Source: Acidobacteriota bacterium (GTDB taxonomy: Bacteria; Acidobacteriota; Terriglobia; Terriglobales; Acidobacteriaceae). Taken from it: DNA of 57,293 nt. Numbering within the stretch: the stretch's first letter is position 1; each line of letters begins with the position of its first letter. The notes beneath the pieces are model-generated. The model ran no database searches and had not been told where the DNA came from. It saw only the letters and a list, made by a program, of their open reading frames with translations. The stretch covers positions 1-57,293 of the forward strand of contig JAJZCA010000001.1 in assembly GCA_021798735.1 (NCBI GenBank). Direction: 5' to 3'. Shown piece by piece: positions 1 through 9,351 of this stretch. The translations under genes were made by a program, and so were the position numbers.

Positions 1-34
1 TACGAGCCGACCAGCAAAGTTGCCAATCACAAGC

Positions 35-1336
35 TTACGCCGCGATGGGCGGATGGAGGACGATGGAGCCTTTGAAGCCGTAGAAGCAGATGTAGACGTA
101 GCACAGGGCGGGCAGGAAGAACGCATGGTGGATGCCGATGTGATCGGCGACGAAGCCCTGCAGCAGGGGGATCAGCGCCGCGCCCAACACTCCCATCACC
201 AGCAGGCTCGATCCCAGGTTCGTCAGTGGTCCCAGTTCCGCAAGGCCCAGGGCAAAGATGTTCGGCCACATGATGGAGTTGAAGAGCCCGACCAGAATGA
301 TGCTCCACATGGCGACGTGGCCAAACGTCAACATCGATGTGAGAACCAGGCAGCAGGCGGCGATGGCGGCCACTCCCAGCACCGGACCAGCGCGCAGTTT
401 CTGCGTGATGCCCGCGCCGCAGAAACGTCCAATCATGGCGCCGCCCCAATAAAACGCGACATATAAGGCGGCTGCTTTCTGCGGCATGTTGCCGATATCC
501 GGCTGGTTCAAATAGTTGATGAGAAAACTTCCAATCGAAACTTCCGCGCCGACATAGACAAAAATTGCGATTACCCCGAGGACCAGGTGGCGCTGTCTCC
601 AGATGCTGGGGAGTGGCGCGCCCGTCGCCGCGTTTTCCTCGTGTGTGCCAATCTTGGGTAGTTTGTAGAGCGCCATCGCGACTGCAAAAGAGACAAGGAT
701 GATGGCGATCAAGGTGTAGGGAAGCTTGACCACCGATGCCTCGCCGACTCGGTACGCGTGCAGCGCGGCGGGTGAAAGCAGTTTCAACTGGGAAGCAGCG
801 AGAGGAACGGTTGCGAGAATGAACAGGCTGCCAACGTAAGGCGCAACTGTGGTTCCCAGCGAGTTGAAGGCTTGCGCCAGGTTCAAGCGGCTGGAGGCGG
901 TCTCTGGAGGTCCCAGAACGATCACATACGGGTTGGCGGCAACCTGCAGCAAGGTCATCCCGGCGGCCACGATTCCGAGCGCCATCAGAAACATTGGAAA
1001 TGATGGGGCCATCGCAGCCGGAAGGAAGCACAACGCCCCAACCGCCATGACCAACAGGCCCGCCACCATCGTCCACTTATAGCCGATCCAGTCAATCACC
1101 TTACCGGAGGGAAGCGCGAAGATGAAGTAGCCGGTGAAGAAGAAGGTCTGCACCAGCATGACCTCGGCATAATTCAGGGTGAAGAGGTGCTTCAGGTGGG
1201 GGATGAGGATGTCGTTGAGGCAGGTGATGAAGCCCCACAGGAAGAAGAGAGTAATCACCATGGGCAAGGCAGTTTTGCTGCCCGGCGCGGACTCGACCAC
1301 AAGCTGACTCGGGTTTTCTGCGCTCGCCATTGCCAT
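35..1336 (-). CDS. MFS sugar:H+ symporter, FucP/GluP (fucose / glucose-galactose permease) family
   Basis: ORF 35..1414 has a multi-TM hydrophobic profile. Blocks 'LFFLWGFITCLNDILIPHLK' and 'ANPYVIVLGPPETASSRLNLAQAFNSLG' are collinear with E. coli FucP as I recall it. I trimmed the start to ATG 1336 or 1330 (MAMASAENP...) because the upstream codons are Arg-rich and non-membrane. The start is uncertain. Confidence 0.85.
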   Translation of the reverse strand: MAMASAENPSQLVVESAPGSKTALPMVITLFFLWGFITCLNDILIPHLKHLFTLNYAEVMLVQTFFFTGYFIFALPSGKVIDWIGYKWTMVAGLLVMAVGALCFLPAAMAPSFPMFLMALGIVAAGMTLLQVAANPYVIVLGPPETASSRLNLAQAFNSLGTTVAPYVGSLFILATVPLAASQLKLLSPAALHAYRVGEASVVKLPYTLIAIILVSFAVAMALYKLPKIGTHEENAATGAPLPSIWRQRHLVLGVIAIFVYVGAEVSIGSFLINYLNQPDIGNMPQKAAALYVAFYWGGAMIGRFCGAGITQKLRAGPVLGVAAIAACCLVLTSMLTFGHVAMWSIILVGLFNSIMWPNIFALGLAELGPLTNLGSSLLVMGVLGAALIPLLQGFVADHIGIHHAFFLPALCYVYICFYGFKGSIVLHPPIAA

Positions 1337-1636
1337 CGTTTGTCCGACGCCCCCATGGCGGATCGACCTGACAGGCCGGAATGCCTCTCTTAAGGTATCC
1401 GCAAACGATATCACAGCACAAAAGAGTAGGATCGCGATCGTCCTGAACCCGACAGCAAGGATGCGGTTGCAAGCCAGGCGCAGTTTCTTTGGGCAGTCAG
1501 ACGTATCGCGCTACTAAAACCTACGGTAAAGAATTTCTTCGGTCGCCATAGGAATTGCCCATTTGTCCCGGCCTGGATGCAGAATCACCGCCAGGCATAC
1601 CCATCGTTCGCCAATTTGCCACGTTGGGATCCGCAT

Positions 1637-1675
1637 TGAAAACAGAAAGGCCGCAAGAAATCTCCAGCGGCCCTT
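1637..1675 (-). terminator. Rho-independent terminator candidate downstream of the M28 peptidase gene
   Basis: On the minus strand the sequence reads 'AAGGGCCGC-(12 nt)-GCGGCCTTT' followed by 'CTGTTTTC'. It lies about 20 nt after the peptidase stop at 1697. Confidence 0.5.
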
Positions 1676-1696
1676 CAGTTTTCAACGCACGCCCAG

Positions 1697-3508
1697 CTAT
1701 TTCTTTTCCGGTGTCGGCGTTGGTTGCGCCACCGCGTCGGGAAAGACTTCCGGCAGCGGCTTCGGCAGGCTGAAGTCGAACATCGGCTTCGGCGTCGGCA
1801 GCGGTTTGCGCGGCAGCATTTGGTCGCGCATGGCCGTGTTGTACACAAAGATCGCCTCCACCACTGCGGCTTGCTTCAGGTCACTGGGTGACAGCTCCTC
1901 ATACACGTCCATGTTCGAGTGATGCGTGCGCGTTTCATAATCCAGCGGGTCCTGGATGAACTGGAAGCCAGGAATCCCCACGGCATCGAACGATAGGTGG
2001 TCTGTGCCGCCGGTGTTGCGCAACGTCAGCGTGGTGACGCCCAGGCTCTTCAGCGGGGCGATCCATGCGGCGAAGATCGGCGCGACCGCAGCGTTTTCCT
2101 GCAGGTACACGCCGCGAATCTTGCCCGAGCCGTTGTCCACGTTGAAATATCCGGAGACCAGCTTCTGCTCCGGCAGAATAGTCAGCGGGCCGGCGGGCTT
2201 GCGCAGCCACTCCGGCAGCTTCATCTGGTCCGGTGCGGTGGAAAGCGGGAAGCTGCCAAAATGGTTCTTCACATAGCCGCGCGAACCGTAAATACCCTGT
2301 TCCTCGCCACTCCAGAGCGCGACGCGGATGGTGCGACGCGGATGGACATGCAACGCGTTCAAGATGCGCATCACTTCCATCGCAACCACCGTTCCCGCGC
2401 CGTTGTCGGTGGCACCGGTTCCGGCGATCCAGCTGTCCAGATGTCCGCCCACCATCACCACCTGGTCTTTCAACTGTGGGTCCGTGCCGGGAATTTCCGC
2501 GATGGTGTCGTAGCCCTGCTCGTTATCGCCGGTGAACTTGGTCTCCACATTCATCTGCACGGTCACGGGAACGTTGGCTTCCAGCAGGCGAGCCATGCGT
2601 CCGTAGTTCTCAATCGCCATCACCACAACTGGGATCTTCATGCGATGGTCAGCCTTGTAGGGTTCAGGGCCGAGCCAGGTGCCGTTGTCGTCGAAAAACG
2701 TACCGCCCGAGCCGCCGCCATTCGCACCATCGCGACTGGGGAGGATGATCGCGGCGACGTGTTCGTCGGCCAGAAACTGCATCAATTTGCCCATCAGCTC
2801 GCGCCGCTTGAGATAGGTTTGCAGCCGCTTCTTCAGATTTGGAGGCATACCGCCTTCTGCTCGGGGATAGCTGGCCATCGCCTCCAGTTCCGCGTCCGTA
2901 TAGCGCGTCCACAGAGGTTTGTCCACAGGCGGTACCGGGCGCATGTCGCCCAGCAGAACAATCTTGCCCGCCAGCTTGCCCTTATATTGGTCGAGGTCTT
3001 TTTCCTCCTGAACACTGACGTGCACGACGCTGCCTGTCACCGGACCATTTGTCCCGGGAGACCACGGCGTGGCCTGCGCGATAAAGACCGCCGTGTCGGG
3101 CGAAACCATGCGCACCCAGGTATTCAACTGCTGCCAGCCCATGCCAAAGTCTCCCCACGACTCCAGGTGCGCATTCACGCATCCCATCGCAGTCAGTTGG
3201 TTCTTGGTCCATTCATTCGCCTTTGCCATGTTCGGGGAGCCAGTGAGTCTTGGCCCAATATCGTCATCCAGAGCGCTGGCGTAGTCCATCACATGCGAGC
3301 GGTTGAAGCCCTCGTCCATAATGCGCTGGTACATGCCCAGGTCGATTGCCTCCTGCGCAGGCTGTACTTCTGCTGTGGCTGGAGCGGCCTCTGTGGCGGC
3401 CGTGCTCTTTGCTTTTGTGTGATGTTTCTGCGCAAATGCTCCCAGCGTCACAGATGACGCAAATGTCAGCACCGCAACGGCCGCTCGAAAAGAATGGTTC
3501 CGCTTCAC
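1697..3508 (-). CDS. Secreted M28-family metallo-aminopeptidase (with PA-like insert)
   Basis: 603-aa ORF. N-terminal signal peptide 'MKRNHSFRAAVAVLTFASSVTLGAFA'. M28 zinc-site blocks 'VMVGGHLDSW..GATDNGAG' and 'RVALWSGEEQGIYGSRGY', plus 'GGTDHLSF'. Confidence 0.8.
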   Translation of the reverse strand: MKRNHSFRAAVAVLTFASSVTLGAFAQKHHTKAKSTAATEAAPATAEVQPAQEAIDLGMYQRIMDEGFNRSHVMDYASALDDDIGPRLTGSPNMAKANEWTKNQLTAMGCVNAHLESWGDFGMGWQQLNTWVRMVSPDTAVFIAQATPWSPGTNGPVTGSVVHVSVQEEKDLDQYKGKLAGKIVLLGDMRPVPPVDKPLWTRYTDAELEAMASYPRAEGGMPPNLKKRLQTYLKRRELMGKLMQFLADEHVAAIILPSRDGANGGGSGGTFFDDNGTWLGPEPYKADHRMKIPVVVMAIENYGRMARLLEANVPVTVQMNVETKFTGDNEQGYDTIAEIPGTDPQLKDQVVMVGGHLDSWIAGTGATDNGAGTVVAMEVMRILNALHVHPRRTIRVALWSGEEQGIYGSRGYVKNHFGSFPLSTAPDQMKLPEWLRKPAGPLTILPEQKLVSGYFNVDNGSGKIRGVYLQENAAVAPIFAAWIAPLKSLGVTTLTLRNTGGTDHLSFDAVGIPGFQFIQDPLDYETRTHHSNMDVYEELSPSDLKQAAVVEAIFVYNTAMRDQMLPRKPLPTPKPMFDFSLPKPLPEVFPDAVAQPTPTPEKK

Positions 3509-3714
3509 TGGTCTTTCCCTCTGGAAGAAACAACGAACGCAAGCATAGCAGACCGGAGAAACTTTCCCGCTCTTATTTTTGATCGCTTTTTCGCAGGAAG
3601 AAAGAATTGGAGTGTATCGTCCAAGTGCGTGCGCAGTCTAGGGCGGTTCAAACCGTGATTCTGAGATGTGGGAAGAGAACACCCATCCACATATGAAAAG
3701 ACAGACGGAAATCT

Positions 3715-4647
3715 CTAAACCAGCCGCTCGCCCGTCATAGACTGCAGCACGGCCAGTGGAGAATGCTCGGGCGCGATCATCGCTTCTGGCGCAATCAGGT
3801 AGGTCTGTTCCAGCGCGTACTGGCCAGCCAGTACAGCGTGCGGCACCATGTCGGTGTAGACCATCCAACTGGATCCAGGCGGAAAGGACCACGCCTCGCG
3901 CTTTCCTTGCGCCTGGTAGGTCGCATTTTCCTTCAGGAAATTATGAAAGCGCATCATAAAGTCGTCGTACGGCGAGCGCTTCAAAGCGGGCAACACCCGG
4001 CCCAAACCCATGCCACACGCAGCTTTTGCGGTCACCCGCGTCAGGGTACTCTGCTCCCGCGGCAATGCAATCTGTTGCGGCGCGAACTGCGGCGCTAACG
4101 CATCGAATGGCTCGCCGGTAATCCAGTCGCGTGTCTTAGTTGGATGAAGATTGTTGAAGAATCGCAATATGCGAGCGCCATGCGTTGGGCGTGTCGGGAA
4201 AGCGTCCGTGTGCATCAAGTCGTTGCGACGGCGCAAAGGTAGGTGGCGCCCTTGCTCCTCCTGCGGGCGGAAGCTGCCATAATCCAACTGCCAGCGCGAT
4301 TGATACGGCGACAAAAATGATTCAAGAAATTCCGTCACGCGCTGGGAATATTCTTGAAGAATGCGATGCAGGCGTTCGCTGGCGGCAGCGTCGGCACCCT
4401 TCATATCCGCGCCGGAAACTTCATCGCGTTGCGGTTTGTAAGCCAGGTTCTTGTGCAGTCCGCTGCTGGTTTGTTCCAGTGTCAGCAAAAAGCGCAGATC
4501 GTCCTCTGCCAATGCGATCGGGGTTTGCGGAAAGAAGAGGATGTTGCCCTCTTCCAATTGTTGGCACCAGGCGCGCACTTCTGCGGCAGGCCGCTGCTGC
4601 TGCGACCGCGCCAAGTACGCTTCCGGCGGAATGGTCACCATGCCCAT
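3715..4647 (-). CDS. kdoO: Kdo hydroxylase (KdoO) family Fe(II)/2-oxoglutarate dioxygenase
   Basis: 310 aa. 'LEEGNILFFPQTPIAL', 'HTDAFPTRPTHGARILRFFNNLHP' and C-terminal 'PPGSSWMVYTDMVPHAVLAGQYALEQTY...VLQSMTGERLV' match my recollection of Burkholderia KdoO end to end. Confidence 0.7.
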   Translation of the reverse strand: MGMVTIPPEAYLARSQQQRPAAEVRAWCQQLEEGNILFFPQTPIALAEDDLRFLLTLEQTSSGLHKNLAYKPQRDEVSGADMKGADAAASERLHRILQEYSQRVTEFLESFLSPYQSRWQLDYGSFRPQEEQGRHLPLRRRNDLMHTDAFPTRPTHGARILRFFNNLHPTKTRDWITGEPFDALAPQFAPQQIALPREQSTLTRVTAKAACGMGLGRVLPALKRSPYDDFMMRFHNFLKENATYQAQGKREAWSFPPGSSWMVYTDMVPHAVLAGQYALEQTYLIAPEAMIAPEHSPLAVLQSMTGERLV

Positions 4648-4673
4648 AGTTGAAGCTTAATCATAGTGCGCCG

Positions 4674-5000
4674 TCACTCTGCGCCAGAAATTTTTCGCCT
4701 CACCCAAACCGTTAGCAGATAGGTCAGGCTGACTGCCATCGCGAGTATGCCAACCGGTGCAGCGACATATCGATAGCTGATGTCCAGATTCAGCATGGAT
4801 GTTCCAGTGGCAGCGTCGTAGATCATCATGCCTATGATCGCAAGAAAAAATGTCGCAAAAAAGACGATAAATCCGCACGCCCCGCCCATCAGCAGGCTAC
4901 TCAGCAATCCCAGTTTTCCAATCGGGACCTTGAAGATAGTGACATCTTTTTTCCCAGAGTCACGGATAGGCTCGGCTGCGATATTTTGTACGTTTGTCAT
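4674..5000 (-). CDS. Small integral membrane protein, unknown function
   Basis: 108 aa with two clear hydrophobic helices ('LGLLSSLLMGGACGFIVFFATFFLAIIGMMIY' and 'YVAAPVGILAMAVSLTYLLTVW'). It ends 27 nt upstream of the kdoO start, on the same strand. Confidence 0.5.
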   Translation of the reverse strand: MTNVQNIAAEPIRDSGKKDVTIFKVPIGKLGLLSSLLMGGACGFIVFFATFFLAIIGMMIYDAATGTSMLNLDISYRYVAAPVGILAMAVSLTYLLTVWVRRKISGAE

Positions 5001-5167
5001 CGTAGATTTCCTTGGCGACCGCTACAGCCGCTGCGCGCAGATGGGGCCGTCCCACGCATGCGTGTCCTGTGAACTCGGCTTCTCCACCGCTAGTCCGCGT
5101 CAAAAGCTGCCCAGGCAATTGTTTGCCGGGTACCAGGTTCCGTCGAACTGCTCTAGAATACAGCTTC

Positions 5168-6040
5168 ATGCCGGAAATCGCCCAGATCGAATTGAAGGCC
5201 GCCGCGGAAGTGGTGCGCACGGTACCTGTTCAGCAAGCAGCCAATGGCATCCACTATGGAAGCTTTGGCGACACCCAGCTTGCCGCTGCGGATTTACAGC
5301 GGATGGTGGAAGCGGTTCCATCCGCGATTGCCGCCGCACTCCATCACAAGCGATATTACTTTGTGCCGTTGACGTTAGGCGAATCATTTGCGACAGGGAT
5401 CGACGACCCAGCCTTCTTCAAAATCGATTCAAGCAAGCTGATGATTGCCGCGGACTTCTCGACCGAACTGAGCGACGCGGCGATCTGTCACCGCAACGCT
5501 ACCGTGGACGGCGCGGATTGCATTTTTATTTCGACTCGCTTGATGCAGGACCGCTTCGCACTTTCCTTCGAGTTCTATATCAACGCCGGCCATCATTTCG
5601 TCGATGCCGTCGGTGTCCCGGAAAGCTTTATGCAACTGGTGTGGTCGCAGGCTGAAGTCAATGTTCGCGGTGAAACCAGCCAGGATGCCTGGGAGCATCG
5701 GGCACAAGCACTAGGCTCAAGCGCTGCGCACATTGCCGTGCCGCAAACAAAGCGGCGGCGGCCAAAATTCTGGACCGGCAAGTCGACGCCGGAGCTGGCG
5801 ATCGAACATCGCGCGGTCGATGAAAAAGCGCGTATGGCGTACCTTGAAGCCGCGTTTTCTGATGCCGTGGCGATCTATCTTCTCTCTTTGACGGTCGATT
5901 TCGACTATAGCGAGCTGCGCGAACGCGAATATCCGCTGCTTGCCGCCCCCGCGCTGGCGGAGCGTCTGCGGCATGTCGCCAAGCTATTTCCGCCATCCGC
6001 CGGCCATCAATTTTCTATCCTCTACCGGCGCAATCGCTAA
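5168..6040 (+). CDS. Hypothetical protein (no family recognised)
   Basis: ORF 5012..6040 trimmed to ATG 5168 (MPEIAQIELK...), because the upstream 52 codons are Arg/Pro-rich junk. About 290 aa with normal coding composition. A 'TAGAAT' hexamer ends 8 nt before the ATG, so a short leader or leaderless mRNA is possible. Confidence 0.55.
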   Translation: MPEIAQIELKAAAEVVRTVPVQQAANGIHYGSFGDTQLAAADLQRMVEAVPSAIAAALHHKRYYFVPLTLGESFATGIDDPAFFKIDSSKLMIAADFSTELSDAAICHRNATVDGADCIFISTRLMQDRFALSFEFYINAGHHFVDAVGVPESFMQLVWSQAEVNVRGETSQDAWEHRAQALGSSAAHIAVPQTKRRRPKFWTGKSTPELAIEHRAVDEKARMAYLEAAFSDAVAIYLLSLTVDFDYSELREREYPLLAAPALAERLRHVAKLFPPSAGHQFSILYRRNR

Positions 6041-6103
6041 ATATTTCCCTCTCCGTACCTGCCTGCCTGCGACATCTTCTCCGTCAGACGATAGAATCGG
6101 CGC

Positions 6104-6691
6104 ATGATTGCACATCTGCGCGGACGGCTTCTTGCCAAGACTCCGCAAACGGCAGTTGTCGAAGCTGCGGGCGTCGGCTATGAAGTCACCATCGCCATTC
6201 CAACCTTCACGGCGTTGCCGGCGGAAGGGAATGAAGTCGCGCTGCTGGTTTACACCCACGTTCGCGAGGACGCACTGGCACTGTTTGGATTCATGACTGC
6301 GACCGAGAAGCGGCTCTTTGAAAAGCTGCTTTCGATCAGCGGCATTGGTCCCAAGCTCGCCATTACCGTGCTCAGCGGCCTGCCCCCCGAACGCCTCATC
6401 GCCGCGATTCACGGCCAGGACCACGCGACGCTTACCCGCATCCCCGGGGTCGGCAAGAAAACAGCCGAGCGAATCGTGCTGGAGTTGAGGGATAAATTGC
6501 AGGAACTAACCCCTGCCGGCAGTGCGGGCACTTCTACGCCAGTATCGGAGGATGTTCTGTCCGCGTTGGTGAATCTCGGCTACCAACGCGCGGCTTCGCA
6601 AAAAGGCATTGATGCTGCAATCGCTCGCGATTCAGACTCTGGAAAAGATTTTGAAACACTGTTCCGCGCCGCCATGGCCGCGATGAAATGA
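6104..6691 (+). CDS. ruvA: Holliday junction branch migration complex subunit RuvA
   Basis: 'MIAHLRGRLLAKTPQTAVVEAAGVGYEVTI' N-terminus, HhH motifs 'LLSISGIGPKLAITVLS' and 'LTRIPGVGKKTAERIVLEL', and a C-terminal domain III. Confidence 0.95.
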   Translation: MIAHLRGRLLAKTPQTAVVEAAGVGYEVTIAIPTFTALPAEGNEVALLVYTHVREDALALFGFMTATEKRLFEKLLSISGIGPKLAITVLSGLPPERLIAAIHGQDHATLTRIPGVGKKTAERIVLELRDKLQELTPAGSAGTSTPVSEDVLSALVNLGYQRAASQKGIDAAIARDSDSGKDFETLFRAAMAAMK

Positions 6692-6740
6692 GCCCGGAGT
6701 CGCACAGTCTAATGTATTGAGTTTTCCTCGGTACTTTAAT

Positions 6741-7136
6741 TTAAGCGACGGAAGCGGTCGGTTCGGCCTCGCCTCTCTCGATGAGTTCCTGACAGTTGAT
6801 GCAATAGGGGGTCCAGGGAAGCGCCTCAATCCGTTTAGCCCCGATGGATTGGTAGCAGCGAACGCAATCCCCAAAGGTCCCATCAGCAAGGCGCGCCAGT
6901 GCCTGGCGAACCAGGCGTAACTGCGAGCTTCGTACTGTACCTTGAGAGAACAACAATTCCTTTTGGTATCCCGCGACCGCCTGGTCTGCAACGTCCCGCG
7001 TGTCGTCAGTGTTGCTGGCGAGCGCTTGTTCCACTGTGTTCGCAACTGCCCGCTCCAGTTCCTGCTGGCGCTGCCGTAGCCGTTGTTCAAAATATTTCCG
7101 CTTATCCTGTGGATTCGCGCTGGGGGTGTGTGTCAT
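6741..7136 (-). CDS. DksA/TraR-family C4 zinc-finger protein
   Basis: 131 aa with a coiled-coil N-terminal part and 'CVRCYQSIGAKRIEALPWTPYCINC' (CxxC-N17-CxxC). Confidence 0.85.
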   Translation of the reverse strand: MTHTPSANPQDKRKYFEQRLRQRQQELERAVANTVEQALASNTDDTRDVADQAVAGYQKELLFSQGTVRSSQLRLVRQALARLADGTFGDCVRCYQSIGAKRIEALPWTPYCINCQELIERGEAEPTASVA

Positions 7137-7364
7137 CTCAGTTGACTCCGTCTCTTATTCCTACCGTACTAACCATTGTTGGACGCGCAATAGCGCCAAA
7201 TGGTTGAGAATATTTTTTATTTTTGGAAAATGGCCGCTCCAGGCGCCAGATTGATTTTTCGCAGGTCCGGCCGACGCCTCATGCTTTTCTTTCGTCTGGT
7301 CGGCTTTGGATGAAGGAACCAGGGCAACTTGATCCGGAAGCCTCTGCCGGATAGGCTATTTATT

Positions 7365-7751
7365 ATGTATGAAGATTTTGAGGCCGTAGACCACTGGACG
7401 GGCGAACAGATGCATTGCACCTGGAAAGGGAACATCGTTGCCATCGCGACGCGGCACGCAGACGCGGTCGATGTTCGTTTCATTGTCAATGAACGTTCGC
7501 TGGTGATCGCCATGCCGCTGCTAGCCTGGGTGGAATTCCGCAAACGATCGGGCGGCAACGTGATCACGGATTATCTGGCGGCCCAGATTGCCGGTCATTA
7601 CCTGAAGCAGTCGATCGAGAACGGATACGATAACGGCCGCGAAATCTATACGATGACCGTCGAAGAAGTGCTGGCTCACCTCGACATTGTGATGAAGGAA
7701 GCCGGCAGCACTCGCAACCTCCCCGTCCTCCCCATTCTTTCTGCGAGTTAA
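7365..7751 (+). CDS. Hypothetical protein
   Basis: ORF 7329..7751 trimmed to the first ATG (MYEDFEAVDHW...). 128 aa, no recognisable motif, weak SD. Confidence 0.45.
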   Translation: MYEDFEAVDHWTGEQMHCTWKGNIVAIATRHADAVDVRFIVNERSLVIAMPLLAWVEFRKRSGGNVITDYLAAQIAGHYLKQSIENGYDNGREIYTMTVEEVLAHLDIVMKEAGSTRNLPVLPILSAS

Positions 7752-7863
7752 CTCAGTTTCGCTTCGCATGGTGCAGCCGTTGAACCCCTCCATCTGAAGC
7801 AGATGCATGAGTCCCGGCCATGGCGTTCCGATCAGTCTTCCTGCGGCAGCGCATGGTCGCGAA

Positions 7864-8319
7864 TCAAAAAGGGATGTCGTCGTCGGTGATTTCGGTGGAT
7901 TGGGAGAAATCTTCGGCGGGGCCGCGCTGGTCGAACGAGGCGGTGTTGGACTTGCTGTAGCCGCCGCTCTCGCCGCCTTCGCTGCGTCCGGAGAGCAGCG
8001 ACAGATCGTTGACGATGATTTCCGTCTTATATTTCTTTTGGCCGGTGGTTTTGTCGTCCCAGGAGGAGGTCTGCAGGCGGCCTTCGACGTAGAGCTTGTT
8101 GCCCTTCTTGACGTAGTCGCGGACGATCTCCGCGGTGCGCTGGTAGGCGACCAGGTTGTGCCATTCGGTGCGATCCTGCCAGGTGCCTGCCTTATCTTTG
8201 AAGCGCTCGCTGGTGGCAATGGAAAATGTCGCGACGACGGTGCCGCTGGCGGTGGCCTTGATCTCAGGATCTTTGCCGACGTTGCCGAGAAGAATGACTT
8301 TATTGACGCTTTTTGCCAT
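7864..8319 (-). CDS. ssb: Single-stranded DNA-binding protein
   Basis: 'MAKSVNKVILLGNVGKDPE...TEWHNLVAY', an OB-fold, a Gly/Ser-rich linker and the acidic tail 'DDDIPF'. Start at ATG 8319 within ORF 7864..8361. Confidence 0.95.
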   Translation of the reverse strand: MAKSVNKVILLGNVGKDPEIKATASGTVVATFSIATSERFKDKAGTWQDRTEWHNLVAYQRTAEIVRDYVKKGNKLYVEGRLQTSSWDDKTTGQKKYKTEIIVNDLSLLSGRSEGGESGGYSKSNTASFDQRGPAEDFSQSTEITDDDIPF

Positions 8320-8391
8320 ATTGGACCCACTTCCCTCAAGAAACTTATTTTCGCATAACAATAGCAGATCGGTGGGGGGACAACATTTCCG

Positions 8392-8718
8392 TTACGTTCC
8401 GCCGCGGCCGAGCCGACGATTGCGCAGCCATTTTGCGCTGCCGAGGACCAGCAGCATCAGGCTGAAGGGAACTCCCATCAAGGCGAACATCAGGAACAGC
8501 CAGCCGCCGTTGGAATGCGCGCCATAGATGCCAATGCCGCCGAAGACTGTCTCAGTAAGAAGCAGCGAGAGCAGACTGAAAAGCATGATCCAGAAACCGG
8601 CTTTGAGCAGGGCGCGAGTGCCGTCGTCTGGCCGGGGGAAATTGTCGCCCGGCAGCCTGGAGGGCATCTTCAGCGGTGTTGGATCGATAGCGGGCATCTG
8701 TGTTTCGAGGACTCTCAT
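8392..8718 (-). CDS. Small membrane protein, unknown function
   Basis: 108 aa with two hydrophobic helices. Its start codon overlaps the DUF420 stop (ATGA at 8715..8718), implying co-translation. Confidence 0.5.
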   Translation of the reverse strand: MRVLETQMPAIDPTPLKMPSRLPGDNFPRPDDGTRALLKAGFWIMLFSLLSLLLTETVFGGIGIYGAHSNGGWLFLMFALMGVPFSLMLLVLGSAKWLRNRRLGRGGT

Positions 8719-9263
8719 CGCCAGGCCGCGAGCATCGCGTATACCACTACACCTGTGACCGAGACATAGAGCCAGATGGGAAAGGTATAGCGGGCGATGT
8801 GTTTGTGTTGGAGAAATCGACCGCTCAGCGAGAAGAAAAACGTAATCAGGATGAGCGGCAGGACCACGACCGAGAGAACGATATGGCTGATGAGGATGGC
8901 CAGATAGACGGTGCGAGCCGTGCCGTGACCGGGAAAGATCATGTCTCCGTGAAGCGCATGGTTGGTGACGTAGCTGACGAGAAACAGCGCGGAGAAGGCG
9001 AAGGCGGTCATCATCGAGGCGCGGTGATGGGCGATCCGATGCCGGCGGACAAAATAGAAACCGATGAGCAGAGCAACGGCGCTGAGGCTGTTGAGCACCG
9101 CGTTGAGCGCAGGCAGGAACATCAGGCTTTGGGCATATTGCGGCGGGGCGCGATGGACATAGATCAACCAGAGCAGCAGGCCGACGGCGGCGGCGCTGAG
9201 CAGCACAATTCCGGCGATGGGAACTCGCGTGCTGACGGACGGGTTCGGAGTTGTTGTCTGCAT
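8715..9263 (-). CDS. DUF420 (CtaM-like) integral membrane protein
   Basis: 'LPALNAVLNSLSAVALLIGFYFVRR...HRASMMTAFAFSALFLVSYV...YLAILISHIVLSVVVLPLILITFF...HKHIARYTFPIWLYVSVTGVVVY' fits the DUF420 pattern seen near heme-copper oxidase genes. Start set at ATG 9263 (MQTTTPNP). Confidence 0.8.
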   Translation of the reverse strand: MQTTTPNPSVSTRVPIAGIVLLSAAAVGLLLWLIYVHRAPPQYAQSLMFLPALNAVLNSLSAVALLIGFYFVRRHRIAHHRASMMTAFAFSALFLVSYVTNHALHGDMIFPGHGTARTVYLAILISHIVLSVVVLPLILITFFFSLSGRFLQHKHIARYTFPIWLYVSVTGVVVYAMLAAWR

Positions 9264-9281
9264 GAGTCTCGTTCCGGCCAA

Positions 9282-9313
9282 CCCACGTCTCAAAATCGAG
9301 ACGTGGTACACCC
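9282..9313. repeat. Family-2 hairpin repeat copy (CCCACGTCTC-loop-GAGACGTGG-TACACCC)
   Basis: A 9-bp stem with a 6-nt loop and a conserved 'ACCC' tail. It lies between the ABC-2 permease stop and the DUF420 start. Related copies are at 36598 and 56054. Confidence 0.7.
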
Positions 9314-9351
9314 GACTTATTTTCAGCGCCAGACTTTCTGGCGAGTTTAAG

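Noticed and set aside
1997-3457. A 486-aa plus-strand ORF antisense to the M28 peptidase gene
   Set aside because: It is entirely contained in a gene with strong family motifs on the other strand. The product is Arg/His/Gly-rich with no motif. This is the typical shadow ORF of a GC-rich coding region.
3645-3654. A 'GGTTCAAACC' T-loop-like string, checked as a possible tRNA
   Set aside because: The flanking sequence cannot form the acceptor, D or anticodon arms. I found no tRNA anywhere in the window.
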